Source: Bugula neritina (lineage: Eukaryota > Animalia > Bryozoa). Taken from it: a stretch of 64,000 nt of DNA. This document shows, in pieces, positions 38,901 through 50,700 of this stretch. Position 1 is the first letter of the stretch; each line of letters opens with the position of its first letter. The DNA is taken from contig OZ037772.1 of the NCBI GenBank assembly GCA_964035545.1, positions 10,786,818 through 10,850,817 of the forward strand, in the 5' to 3' direction. Position numbers and translations under genes: made by a program. Under the pieces are notes generated by a model, which saw only the letters and a program-made list of their open reading frames with translations, was not told where the DNA came from and did not search any database.

Positions 38901-41900
38901 AATAGTTATAGAACACAAACAAACCAAGCTCTTATGAAATATTAAAGAAACTATGAAAAAGAACTCTTTGTTGACAAGAAATGCCGACAAAAGACGCAGT
39001 AGACGGCAGCAAGGTCAACTTGGTGTCAGGGAGGCGGATTAACCTTCATGAAAGTAAGTAAATAAGTAGAGGAGATACTACAGTAGGTGTATTACAGTAG
39101 GTGTATTATAGTAGGTGTATTATAGTAGGTGTATTATAGTAGGTGTATTATAGTAGGTGTATTATAGTAGGTGTATTACAGTAGGTGTATTACAGTAGGT
39201 GTATTACAGTAGGTGTATTATAGTAGGTGTATTATAGTAGGTGTATTATAGTAGGTGTATTACAGTAGGTGTATTATAGTAGGTGTATTATAGTAGATGT
39301 ATTACAGTAGGTGTATTATAGTAGGTGTATTACAGTAGGTGTATTATAGTAGGTGTATTATAGTAGGTGTATTATACAGGTAAAGTCCCGCCACCCACGC
39401 AGGATCACGGTGGTGAAAGGTGACCATTACACAGGTAAAGTATGCCATATTTAATTTGTTATATCAGTACTGAACAAACTTATAATATCTAGCAGCTATG
39501 TTCTTTCAGAAAATCTACAATGTCTCACAATTTTCTGTTAAATTTTCCCCAGACCAAACAAGCTCCTGCTGTAAGTCTGTATACATATATAGAGGAGAGA
39601 CAACTCTACAAGAAAATTATGCGACTACATTTGATTATTCTTTAGGAGTTTAGGTGTTCATTGTAACTCTTACCTGCGCTGATGATCCCATTTGACTGCA
39701 TTGGGAGTCGTTTCTCTTGCCCTGACTGCACGTCTACAGGTTGAATCTCATCAATGGTGGCGTATATGACATCATCAATTCTGTCGTAGAGCGGCGCGTA
39801 CACCGCAGCGTAGATGGGTGACCGTGTGGAACCATAGCCTGAGGCCGATACAGTTATATAGCCCGGTTTATACACCGAGTCGGAAGATGGAAAATATACC
39901 GGAGCAAATACAGGAAGTCTCTTAGAGATATGATAGTGATTTTGTGACGCGGAGTGCCACGACTGAGATCTAGCGTGTGACGTCTGCAGATAGTGATAGG
40001 GATCATGCATCTGATTTAGAGACTTGGTTCTCTGGTGGTAACGCTCCGTCGGTACAACAGCTTGTACAGCGGAACTGTCTATATTGATTGAAGGCTCTTT
40101 ATCTCTTCGTCTCTCAAAAGGTTTTCCCAAACTTGGATTTGTCTTCCCATAAGAATATTCAGAATAACGATTAACGTGAGGTGAGTTTGAGTTGACCAAT
40201 CGTGAGTGAGAAGTACTGCGTAAAGTCCTGTAGTGTTTTACTCTCTCCTCCTTCCTTTCAGGGTACAGATCCGGTAACATGACTGAACTGTCCAATACAA
40301 CGTTAGTTTCTAGAACATTCCGAGCTTTCCCTTGTAGCCCAACTTTATCAAAGAGCGAGTTATGATTCGTCAATATTTCAATCTTACGAGTCAGCTGATT
40401 GGCTGAGTATATCTTGCCGTTCTCCACGGCCTGGTAGTACTCACTGTGGTGAGAATATACAGTTTCCCGATTGGCAGCGATGTCAGCCTCTGTTTGAGTA
40501 CTGACGTGTTGCTGACTTATCATGCTGTCGGAGTGAGACCGACTGTGACTAACAGACAGACACACCCCTCCCTTCCTCTCGCCTATTCCTAGCACGCTCC
40601 TCCTTCGACTAGCCAGTCTGCGTTGTCTCACGCCTAGTACAGGCTGGTGCTGGTAATACCGCTTTAGCCGCGCTTGCAGTTCATCTACTGGAGGGGGCGT
40701 TACGCTACCGTCCCGTGATGAGAGACGGCTATGAGTTGTGGTCATCAGTCTATACGAGTCGCTCATAGCCTTAGCTGTATAATCGGTGATGGCGGGCTGG
40801 CTAGCTGACCTCCGTAATGGTCGTATAGCCTCAGGTACTTGACTGTCATGGAGAGAGGGGCGTGGTCTTTGTGGAGTGTTTAAAGACTGAGATCTTTTAA
40901 TAGGACTTGAGAAGGTACGGTCACGTCTGGACGGTCTCATTGTTCCGTTAGCACCATTCTGAAAAGTCATGCAAAGAGTACAAATATGCAAAAATAGTTG
41001 CCTTCAATAAAATCTAATAAATAATAGCGAAGATTTACATTGGCTTCGGTTAATTGATACATGAAAGAACATGCAGTGTAGAGTTTTCAGAATTATCTAC
41101 CCACAAACCAGAATTGTTTGAAAAATGGATTTCAGAAAAATGAATACTAGTTTTCAGTAAATATTACTTTAAATTATTACAAATAGGATGCTATAAACCC
41201 AAGTAACTTTCTGTATTTGTATTCAACATGGTGACAACTTCTGTGTGCACAATGTAGTGAATAATGTAGTGCACAATGTAGTGCACAATGTGAATAATGT
41301 AGTGCATAATGTAGTGCATAATGTAGTGCATAATGTATTGCATAATGTATTGCATAATGTAATGCATAATGCAATTACTCTATTAGTGCAGGATATTCAA
41401 ATTTACCTGCAGTTCTTTAGAGTGAAAACTTACCTGAGTTATTTTATTTGTGATATTCATGACTTCGCTGTCTCGACTATCCACATCTTCGCTGGAGTTA
41501 CTCGAGGGAGTTGTTTTCTTATTTGAATCTACAAAAGTTCAATTTTTATTAAATATATTTCAGTCAATAGAAAAACCAGGTTTTTTAAAGGTGCAGAGTA
41601 GAGTAAAACAATTGCCTGGTATGACACTCGTTGTAAATAAAATTATTTTCATAATATTAATTTAAGATGATTCCGGAAGTTTAATGTCTAATAAAAATTG
41701 TAACTCAAACAGATGATTTTAGACAGCTACGTGTTGCTGCTTTAACATTGCAATACTTCAACATTAGGGGAGGTATTTCACAGCCGAGGATGTGTTCTCT
41801 TGTAAAAGATTTAAATCCCACTCTAGCAACAGTCAGACATAAAACTGACATAAAATTACCAACAAAACTTATTCACAGTTCCTTCATAAACAACAGACAC

Positions 41901-43070
41901 TGGGAATAACAAGACATAGTGGGAGTTATCTCCTTTATATTAGACTGGGCTAATAACCTTTATACTGGATATACTGATTGATGCACAGTACTTTTAACTC
42001 AGCCATTCAGTTTGGACATCCTAGTACAGCTCTCTCACACTTACAGACAAAAACTCACAGGCTATAGGAAATCTTGGCCTAATAAATAAAAAAGTCATTT
42101 CCTAGTTGCTAAAAGCCATCATCTAAAAAGAGTACCTGTACGCATTCTGTTAGAAACCACCGCAAACGACTTTGAAATGGTGGCTAGTTTACTAGTCTCT
42201 CTATACTCCTTCAAACCACATAGGACTAGACGGTCTGCATCACTATCATTTGGAAGGCTGCAAGGTTTCTTCCGCCTTTTATCTGAAACCAAACAACATA
42301 AACACATGTGAGGCATTTCCACATGGCTGTACCATACAGCAATATTATCATATGATAGCTTGCAAAACTTTGTACTACTACTAAAAAAAGGTTTAATATT
42401 TGTCTATGTGGTTTAGGCTTGCTTTCCATTATAGAATTGTAATAATGAGACTAACCTGTTTTATAGCCTACGGCTCTACTGTTCAGTTGGGTAGGCTGGT
42501 GAGTGAGACTGTGCCGTAGTTTTGTAGCATATGCTAGTAGGACACTCAGGTTAATCCATGTGGGCTTAATATGTACATTATGTAGGTCAGCGTAACAGGA
42601 AGTGATGTCATTAACTAGTTGGATGATGTCATCGTCTGCAGTTACACAGAAATTTATTGTTTGCTGATAAATCAAGCATCGTACAACAAAACTTGAACTT
42701 TAGAAAAGAATTGATTTTCTCCAATAGAACTAAATAACGATTTAGATTTTAGACAAAAAAACTATGAACCACAAAACAAATATACTTTTTTTAATAAATT
42801 AAATTTTCAAAATAATATGTGAGTCATCATTATTTCCAGAACGGAACCTATTTAATATAGAATATCCGATAACTCCTTTTTTAAGTATCAACAACAATAG
42901 CCATAGAGCATTTATGTTTTTTCAATCACATTACTTGGAAACCAACACAAATTTTAGGATTTTGGTGCATGAACTAAACTAAATTGACACATCTAGTATT
43001 ACTAGTATTACTCATAGCAAGCACATGTCACTCACTTACCTTCTACTGTCGCAGTGGTGACAGCAGCCAT
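17907..43070 (-). CDS. AJM1: Apical junction component 1 homologue (AJM1/C9orf172; C. elegans ajm-1 family), ~2,507 aa, 24 coding exons
   Basis: Phase-consistent minus exons: 43040-43070, 42456-42635, 42136-42282, 41434-41528, 39674-40958, 30374-30562, 28470-30146, 27274-27626, 26741-26870, 25343-26304, 24713-24875, 24275-24376, 23782-23934, 22863-23266, 22274-22397, 21800-21859, 21378-21680, 20690-20865, 20445-20605, 19899-20056, 19479-19621, 19130-19303, 18645-18803, 17907-18101. The C-terminus has a MYND-like finger CKNC...[25 protein letters not shown], then ARTGYLCEGRGAVVLSFASP, TLILT, LRHQYPDVYNALCQYV and RFMCCIM, which I recognise as AJM1. N-terminal joins rest on phase only. Confidence 0.85.
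23322..23500 (-). mobile_element. tRNA-derived SINE, 5'-truncated
   Basis: + strand reads ggagcaattatgactggatgctcttcctaacatcaccaatggcctttg, the exact reverse complement of the 6632-copy core; tail ctcacgcaagtttatagtcac also matches. Confidence 0.85.
25936..26220 (-). repeat. Coding 36-bp minisatellite (12-aa HQVPFQSHVTP[ST]/HQVLSESHVTPT repeat, ~8 units) in AJM1
   Basis: Repeats visible in ORF 25292-26335; most DNA units contain the palindrome tcacatgtga. Confidence 0.9.
28486..28582 (-). repeat. Coding 24-bp repeat (8-aa SAR-x-EY-x-T, ~4 units) in AJM1
   Basis: acgtgcagacgtac units; peptide SSARYEYSTSARGEYSTSARDEYRTSARG. Confidence 0.85.
32404..32476 (-). mobile_element. Degenerate tRNA-like SINE head or tRNA relic
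   Basis: Minus strand gcctctttagtatactggttagcatgctggcttgctagttaaaagtctgaagtttgaatcccaacggggca has A- and B-box-like motifs but no convincing cloverleaf. Confidence 0.4.
39077..39378. repeat. 14-bp minisatellite ([c/t]agtaggtgtatta), ~21 copies
   Basis: Near-perfect tandem array in an AJM1 intron. Confidence 0.95.
41245..41372. repeat. 12-bp minisatellite (tgcataatgtag)
   Basis: About ten tandem units; this explains the HNVV/HYAL ORFs. Confidence 0.9.
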
Positions 43071-44574
43071 TAACTACCTTTAGAGCATCTGCAACATACT
43101 GACACTTTTACCTCTGAGATGTCAACGTGAGAAATATTAAATAGTGAGACTAAAATAGTGTAACAGATGACAGATAATGTGTGATATAGTCTCTCACTCA
43201 GAATTCTAACCAACATTTCTATTTATTATAACTTACAAGCAAATTTCAACCAAAACAAATGGAAATGACTGAAAATTTAGCATATGTTCAATATTTATAC
43301 AATAGTTAGCCAATTAACAAAGCACTTTTAACCAAAAAGCAATATTTGCAGAATTTCCCTAATGAGTGTTACTTACCAATTAGTTCCATGTTCATTGCAT
43401 AACATGAACTTGACGCAACTATAAAATGCATTAACTTGAATTATATATTACACAATCCAGCCTAGTAATCAAAGAGAGTGTATTTTCTAAGGATATGAGA
43501 GCAGCAATGAATAGAATAAAAACTCTAAACAACCTTCATTTAAGTTAATTGATCTGTAATCAATACTTTACTTTAGAACTTAAAGTTATATCAGAAAAGT
43601 AAATAAACTTTTTTCTAGTAATAAAACAATACTAAGAATAGTAGCAGCGGTTTATCCGAGACAATTATATGAGCATAAGGAGGGAGCCATTAGTGCAGGC
43701 TATGAGGCAGCATCGCTGACTTAGATTATTGATTTTTACACAAATTTTTTGTCTCAAAACTAATCCCAAGATGTGGCTAAAAATTTAAAGTTTGAATACT
43801 ATAATTAGCATAGTACAGGTTTTGACCAAAATTATCATTATATTTACCTTTCGATGCATGTGTAGAAACTGCTTTTGACAGGTGGAATCAAATAGTGAAA
43901 TCCATTTGAATAGCAACAAGTGATCACAGGTTCTTATACAAGTGACAGTAGTGACAGGTACTTGCAGACGATCAAGCGAATGACAGTAGTGACAGGTATT
44001 CCCAGGATCTGACACTAGTGACAGTGACAACAGGTACTTGCAGGCTCTGAGGCAAATGCCAGTAGTGACAGGTATCCACAGGTTCTCCAAGTACTAGGTT
44101 GCAAAGCACTGCTGTAATTATATTCTACAAACACTAGCCATGCATAAACTGCATCATTATTATAGGTTTTGTCTTAATAGGTTTCAATATGACTTTAAAA
44201 CAATTAGTTTAAGGTTACATGACCAATGAAAAGCTAAACAATGAAGTGTGAAAACAGCTATTCAGTACACTTCAAGCAATATTAATTCGTGTATGCAATT
44301 AAAAATTCTTTACTTTTACAATAGCAAGGACATTGGATTGGCTTAATTCTACTCCATAGACTTTCTTTATTGTGTTTGTTAATTACCGCTGAAAGATTTA
44401 GTTTAAATATTGAAGTATTAAACTTTACTAAATACAAGTATAATTATTATAATGTGCCTACTCACCAGATATTTTAATAGCTCCAGACAAAACTGCATAC
44501 TTCACTAGGAAACAGAACAAACTGTAGTAGACACACAGCTATACCTTTTAGGTTAAGAAACTTAAGGAACTCAC

Positions 44575-44765
44575 TAAGATTATAGTCGATATCCCCGTGA
44601 GAACCCCGATAGAAAAGTTATTTTCAAAGCAGCCTAAATATTTATTCATGTGAGGCAAAGAAGCAAACGTGACTGGATGCTCTTCCTAACATCAGACCTG
44701 GTGCTCGAACTCGAACCACTGACCTCATGCTTACTAGGTCAGCCGGCTATAACCCCCACACCACT
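44575..44765 (-). mobile_element. tRNA-derived SINE copy just upstream of the putative AJM1 5'UTR exon
   Basis: gactggatgctcttcctaacatca core, tcgaacc (B box on minus) and tail ttatagtc...ccccgtgagaa. Confidence 0.75.
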
Positions 44766-45424
44766 GCAATATTTTATAGGTAGACGGTACTATAATGTTA
44801 AAATATTCACCATAATCTCTGTAACTAGTAAAGTGAAATGTTAAATGCAAGAATGGGCACATCGGTATAGATTCCATGCCAAGTACATGCAGCCATCTTA
44901 AAAATCCCTGATGACTCATACCTCATACCACAATTACCACCAAAATACTCCTAAAAATTTGAAATCTCACAGCTTCAGACATACAAATAAAGAAAACCTT
45001 CAACGTGTAGTAATGGTAAAGTTTGGTTTTAATTTTAAAAAGTTCAAGAATTTCAAAAATGTAAAAAAGTTCAATACTCCTAGATTTCATTTTCAACACT
45101 GACTAATTACCACAATGACTATCACAAGATAAACTTGTACACATAGCAATGGTTCCACGTCCACACATTGCCATCTCACTGCGGGTGTCAAATAAAGCCT
45201 CCAAACTTGCGTGTTACACACGCGCTTAGAACTAGTAGGTAAAATAACTACATAATTTGCTTTTCAAATTGAATCTATATCCAATATCAACTATGATATA
45301 GACACATCCACACTGTGTAATGTTCATCGTGTAGGCCATCATTACCAATATGTTAAACAGGTAACACTTCTACACAATAACTGAGTAATTTGACCTAGTA
45401 AACCCAATAGTAGTGGTTCCTGTG

Positions 45425-47474
45425 CTAGAATATCGAGAGCTTCTTACGACCCTCCCTCTGTCCCTTGTGTCTATGCAGTTCTCGGTATGATTTAGTCAGA
45501 GTTTCTAAATATTTCTCAGCCTTAGTCAACTTTTCAGTGAGATGTTTGACGCCCCCCGCATCACGTCTGCTCACATTGATCTCTAGACGCTGTTTTATAG
45601 ATATGATTTCCTTCTCTACACGGGACAACTCCTCTTCGGTTTTCATAACCTGTGAGACAATCGCATTACATAATAATATATATAAATAGTATAATATGTA
45701 CATAGTATAATATATACACACAGTACAATATAGTACAATAAATAATATAAATAATAAATATTATCAATTTTACAAACAACCACTTTATATTGAATGTTGA
45801 ACGAGTTACAAATAAAAATATTACATTAAAAATGCCCCAACCAGTTTTAAATACCTTATAAAAGCATTACCGTTGAAATAAATTATTCTAAGGAATATTT
45901 TCATTACAATAATATGTAAATGATTTTTTTCTAGGGCTAAACTTGGATGAGTGAGAGAGGTCATGACCTGTCCCAATAAATACTAGTTGCTTGGGCAGAA
46001 CTCTGGTATCAGATTCTTTTGAGTTAGTCAAGGGAAAGCGACTGATAAATTTCATACAGGTTAGTAATATGATGTCATACCTGTATATTAATACTCTTAT
46101 CTGACTTCTTAGACAGCTGGTGTTTAGATATAACGGAGGGAGCTGATTTACCCGGCGTAGTCTGCTTGCGGTATGATGTCATATCCACTATAATAGAGGC
46201 CAAACACGGGAGATTAAAACCAAAATGAGATCCACAAAACCAAATACCACTTGAGCTTTTAAATACTACATACAAAGTTAAGTAATAGATAATATTTAAG
46301 TTAAAGCAACTCCTTATGTAAAAAACCAAATGCTACTCAACTGAATTAGCCAGATATAAACTTGCTTTGTTTAAAGATAAGTTGTATTAACGTATTTAAG
46401 CTTTCAAATACTGACCTAGCTTTTGCTTTCAACCACTCTGATAAAACTAGTAGTGATATAACTAGTGATTGGCATTGCGATAGCACTAGCTATTATCATT
46501 GTGATTCATTAGTGATTGTCATTTACTGTACAGATGCAAGCCAAACAGATTGCTAACATAAAGCTGTTTCTGTACCTTTTCTGCCGTGACCTAGCGATTT
46601 GTTGAGATACGTGAACAAATCCGCTGACTTGGCACGACTCCCAGATGCTGCCTTTAGTTTATGTTTCTCTTTCTTCTTCAGCACGTCAAACATGTCTTTG
46701 TTTCCAGTCCTTCTCTTCAACTCCATTATCCTGTCGAGTGACTTCCCTGGAATAATGGCGGAGAAAGATATCACATGATCTCACCCGTAAAAGGATGTGA
46801 GAGATGTTAAGATGTCATTTCCTGGTAATGAAGTATAGATTCGATAAAAAAGTACTACTTTATGTAAATAAAAACTTGGGTTGGTTTATAGTCTCTATCC
46901 TTGTGAGAACTCCTGGTAGGAAGGATTTTTTGAGCTAAAGACAGTTTTATAGTGGCACGGTAACAATTATGACTGGATGCTCTTCCTAACATCACCAATG
47001 ACCTTTACTGGGGTTCAAACCCATGACTTTGTGTTTACTAAGCCAGTGCTGCAACTCCTAAACCACAGCTGTTTACTAATGCTGTTTTATGTTAATAGGG
47101 AATAGATTTATTTAAAAGTATAACTAAAAATATTTTTAAAAGATTGATGACATTTGGGAGAAAATAGACTGAGAGTCTATACCTGGAGGTAGCTTCAAGA
47201 TTGGCACAGGCTCAACACGCCCCTGAGAATCTTTGCCTAAACCTTCACCAGGTTTATATCCCATTAGAGCCATCAGTTTTGAACCAACACCCTGCAAATA
47301 CAGAACGAAATTAGGTCAAAGTTTAGATTAAATAACAACAAGAGAAGACAATTCAGAAATTATATGCATATAAATAAAGTGCATAACAGGAAACAGGTCT
47401 GTAGTTAAGTTTTAATGTGACAATTTCCAATAATAGAACAATTTATTTTTTATATATATATATACATATATATA

Positions 47475-47506
<32 letters not shown>

Positions 47507-47535
47507 GTATATATATATATTATATATATATACAT

Positions 47536-47628
<93 letters not shown>

Positions 47629-47656
47629 TATAATATATATATATATACATATATAT

Positions 47657-47746
<90 letters not shown>

Positions 47747-50700
47747 ATATAATATATATATATTTATTTATTTATATATATATATTTCGAGTATAAACTA
47801 ACTCTAGTGTGAGATTCCCAATCAGCAAGTTTCTCAGAATCTGAAGGCTTCCACAAGTAGTTGGGTAATTCATCTACATTCTCTGTAGTTGTCCCATCCT
47901 TACCGGGAATACTTTCCTCATCACTGCTTGAGGAATCTAATAATATCAAAGAATTTGTCATCAATGTATGTAAAGATTAGGCAAGCATATACATGTGACC
48001 TAAAGTCAAGTACGTGAAGTGACACTTTTAGACCGAAATAAATTCACCATAACCAAACATATATTTGGCAATTTCTTTCTTTGTACCTAACAGTACATGC
48101 GTTCCAGCTATTGATTGTAATTAGTATTACTTCTTAACCCAATACAAATGATTGGGTTAAGAGATTTGGATTTCCTAAATGATGACTCACAGCTTCTTTT
48201 GTAGATGTCAGTGTGACTCATACTCAATGAAGGCAGCCAATCATGCGTTAGCTTTCATCATAAAGATGCTTTGATTGGCTATGAGCGATTTCAATGCATG
48301 GGAAGATAGTTATTCAGAGTAAGGTACGATCATTCTAATAGTTTGCATCACAAATTCCATTGTTCAAGTTGAATGATTTTGTAATCCTTAAGTTATGGAA
48401 TCGAATGTCAAGACATGACTAAACAAACTAAAAACTCATAGATGCAGCATAATCATAGTGACAATGCATTATGTTACAGTGCATCTTGAACAGAACAGTC
48501 ACAACTGCTTGTAACATGATTTTTGATTAAATTTAATAGGAAAGATTTGAAAGTCACAATTCAAATTCCTTTAGCTGTTTAAGCTCAGATGATTTAATCA
48601 ATCTAGCATGACCTAGGCAACTGGTTACTAGACAAATCAGATTTATATCTGGATGAACTTTTAAACAACCATTAATTATTATTAAATTCATATATGAGTA
48701 AAGTTTAATTGAGTTGATCAGATTGAAAACAGGTTCTGGTAACTTAATTGTGTCAGAAGCTACCTGATTGGCTGTTTATGGGAATGACATCACATTTCTC
48801 AACAGCGTGTGTTGCTTCCCCATAGTCATTAAACATAACTTCTAGAAATTCTTCACCATGGGTGTCCACCACGGTGGCTCGATACCAGAGTTGATCCTCT
48901 GAGAACTTAGCTAGACAGGTGTCTCCAACACTCAGCCCACTACAGTACAGAGTAAACACTCAGCTAACTACAGTACAGAGTAAACACTCAGCTCACTACA
49001 GTACAGAGTAAACACTCAGCTAACTACAGTACAGAGTAAACACTCAGCTCACTACAGTACAGAGTAAACACTTAGCTAACTACAGGACAGAGTAAACACT
49101 CAACTAACTACAGTACAGAGTAAACACTCAGCTAACTACAGTACAGAGTAAACATTCAGCTAACTACAGTACAGAGTAAACACCCAGCTAACTACAGTAC
49201 AGAGTAAACACTCAGCTGACTACAGTACAGAGTAAACACTGAGCTCACTACAGTACAGAGCAAACACTCAGCTAACTACAGTACAGAGTAAACACTCAGC
49301 TAACTACAGTACACAATAAACACCCAGCTAACTACAGTACAGAGTAAACACGCAGCCCACTACAGTACACATCAAATAGCGCAGATGGCGAGCAATGATC
49401 TCCACAAGACTTACCTACAGTCTGCTTCTATAAACTCCTGCAGATCATCGATGTCTACAAGATGCCCGTGAGACAACTTGCACTCCTCGTCACCAAACCT
49501 ACATTGACCTCTCATATAATGTGGGCAAATCTTCATAGAGATATGTGTTGGTTGACAAAACATCACTCGAACCTGAAGAACATAAATAACATTACGAAAT
49601 GCTAAATCTCCAACGAAAGGAGAATATTAGAGACTTCACAGGCAAGTAGAATGCATACAGTTTTCTGCAGGACTTAGTCTTTGCATGTAAAATTGCGACA
49701 TATCAACTGAGTTCCCTATCTCACCGAAATACTGAAAGTGAAAGTGAATCCTTCATTTTTATTAAATTTCAGAATAATGCACTCGTCTATAAAATGCAGA
49801 AAATCTCACTGCCAACCCTGAATCTACGACAAAACATAATGTATAGGTTTAAATTCCCTTCGACAATAAAACATTCTTGATTTGAAATCCTTAATAAATA
49901 TCCTACACACTAACCTGTTCAGCGTCAGCGTTGAAACCAATAATGGCAGCATTGCAGTATTGGTATTCTCCCCAGCTTTGAGAGTGGGGGGCTCGAACGC
50001 ACGTCCCTAGAAAGAGACAAATCTGCATAATCTCCAAGTATAAGTTTTCCAGCAGAAGAGCGCCAATAAATTTCATGTATGATAAATGACGTGGGTGTGA
50101 AGTTGAGTAGGAAATGATTCAGGAAGTCAATAAATAATTACCAATGAGGTCATCAAGATTTGAAGAAAGGACTGTTTCAGCTTCCTCATTATCGGCAGCA
50201 GTAGCGGCAGCAGGGTCAGATGAATGAGTCACATCATCAGCGAGTGCTGCCTGTAAACAAACAAATAATGACTAGTGGTTTATAAATTAATATAACTCAC
50301 TATATGAAAACATGGCCATTGCACTTCATCATATTCAGAAACGAGTAAAGTTTTAAATAGTATACTTTGCACATTTCTAAATGCCTGAGTATATAAACTT
50401 AAATCAAACTGATAAACTTTACCTGAGCAGTTTAGAAATTAAAAGCAAACAGATTTCTTTTCAAGACTTGCTGTAACCTAATTTACGCATGCAACACAAA
50501 AGGTTTTCTATTTTTATTGCACAAGCAAAAATCTTTTGGCACCAAGAAAATGTTTGTGTTTTAAACAATCTGTTTAAAGCATGATTAAATATTTGCCACA
50601 ACCAAAAGTTGTGTTTATTATAAAAAACTTCTCTAAGCGAACACACATTCAAAAAAATCTGGAATTCCGTACTAGAAACTTTTCTGCAGTAAATAAATTT

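Noticed and set aside
39077-39378. CRISPR-like array (also considered for 48929-49368 and 62400-62857)
   Set aside because: Head-to-tail repeats with no unique spacers, no cas genes, eukaryotic intron context.
30563-39673. Nested gene or further coding exons in the long AJM1 intron (donor-like sites near 32045, 32169, 33355, 37988; ORFs at 31669, 33329, 35855, 37704)
   Set aside because: No coherent coding signal or recognisable protein; could not be supported.
47417-47752. Ile/Tyr-rich ORFs
   Set aside because: (TA)n microsatellite.
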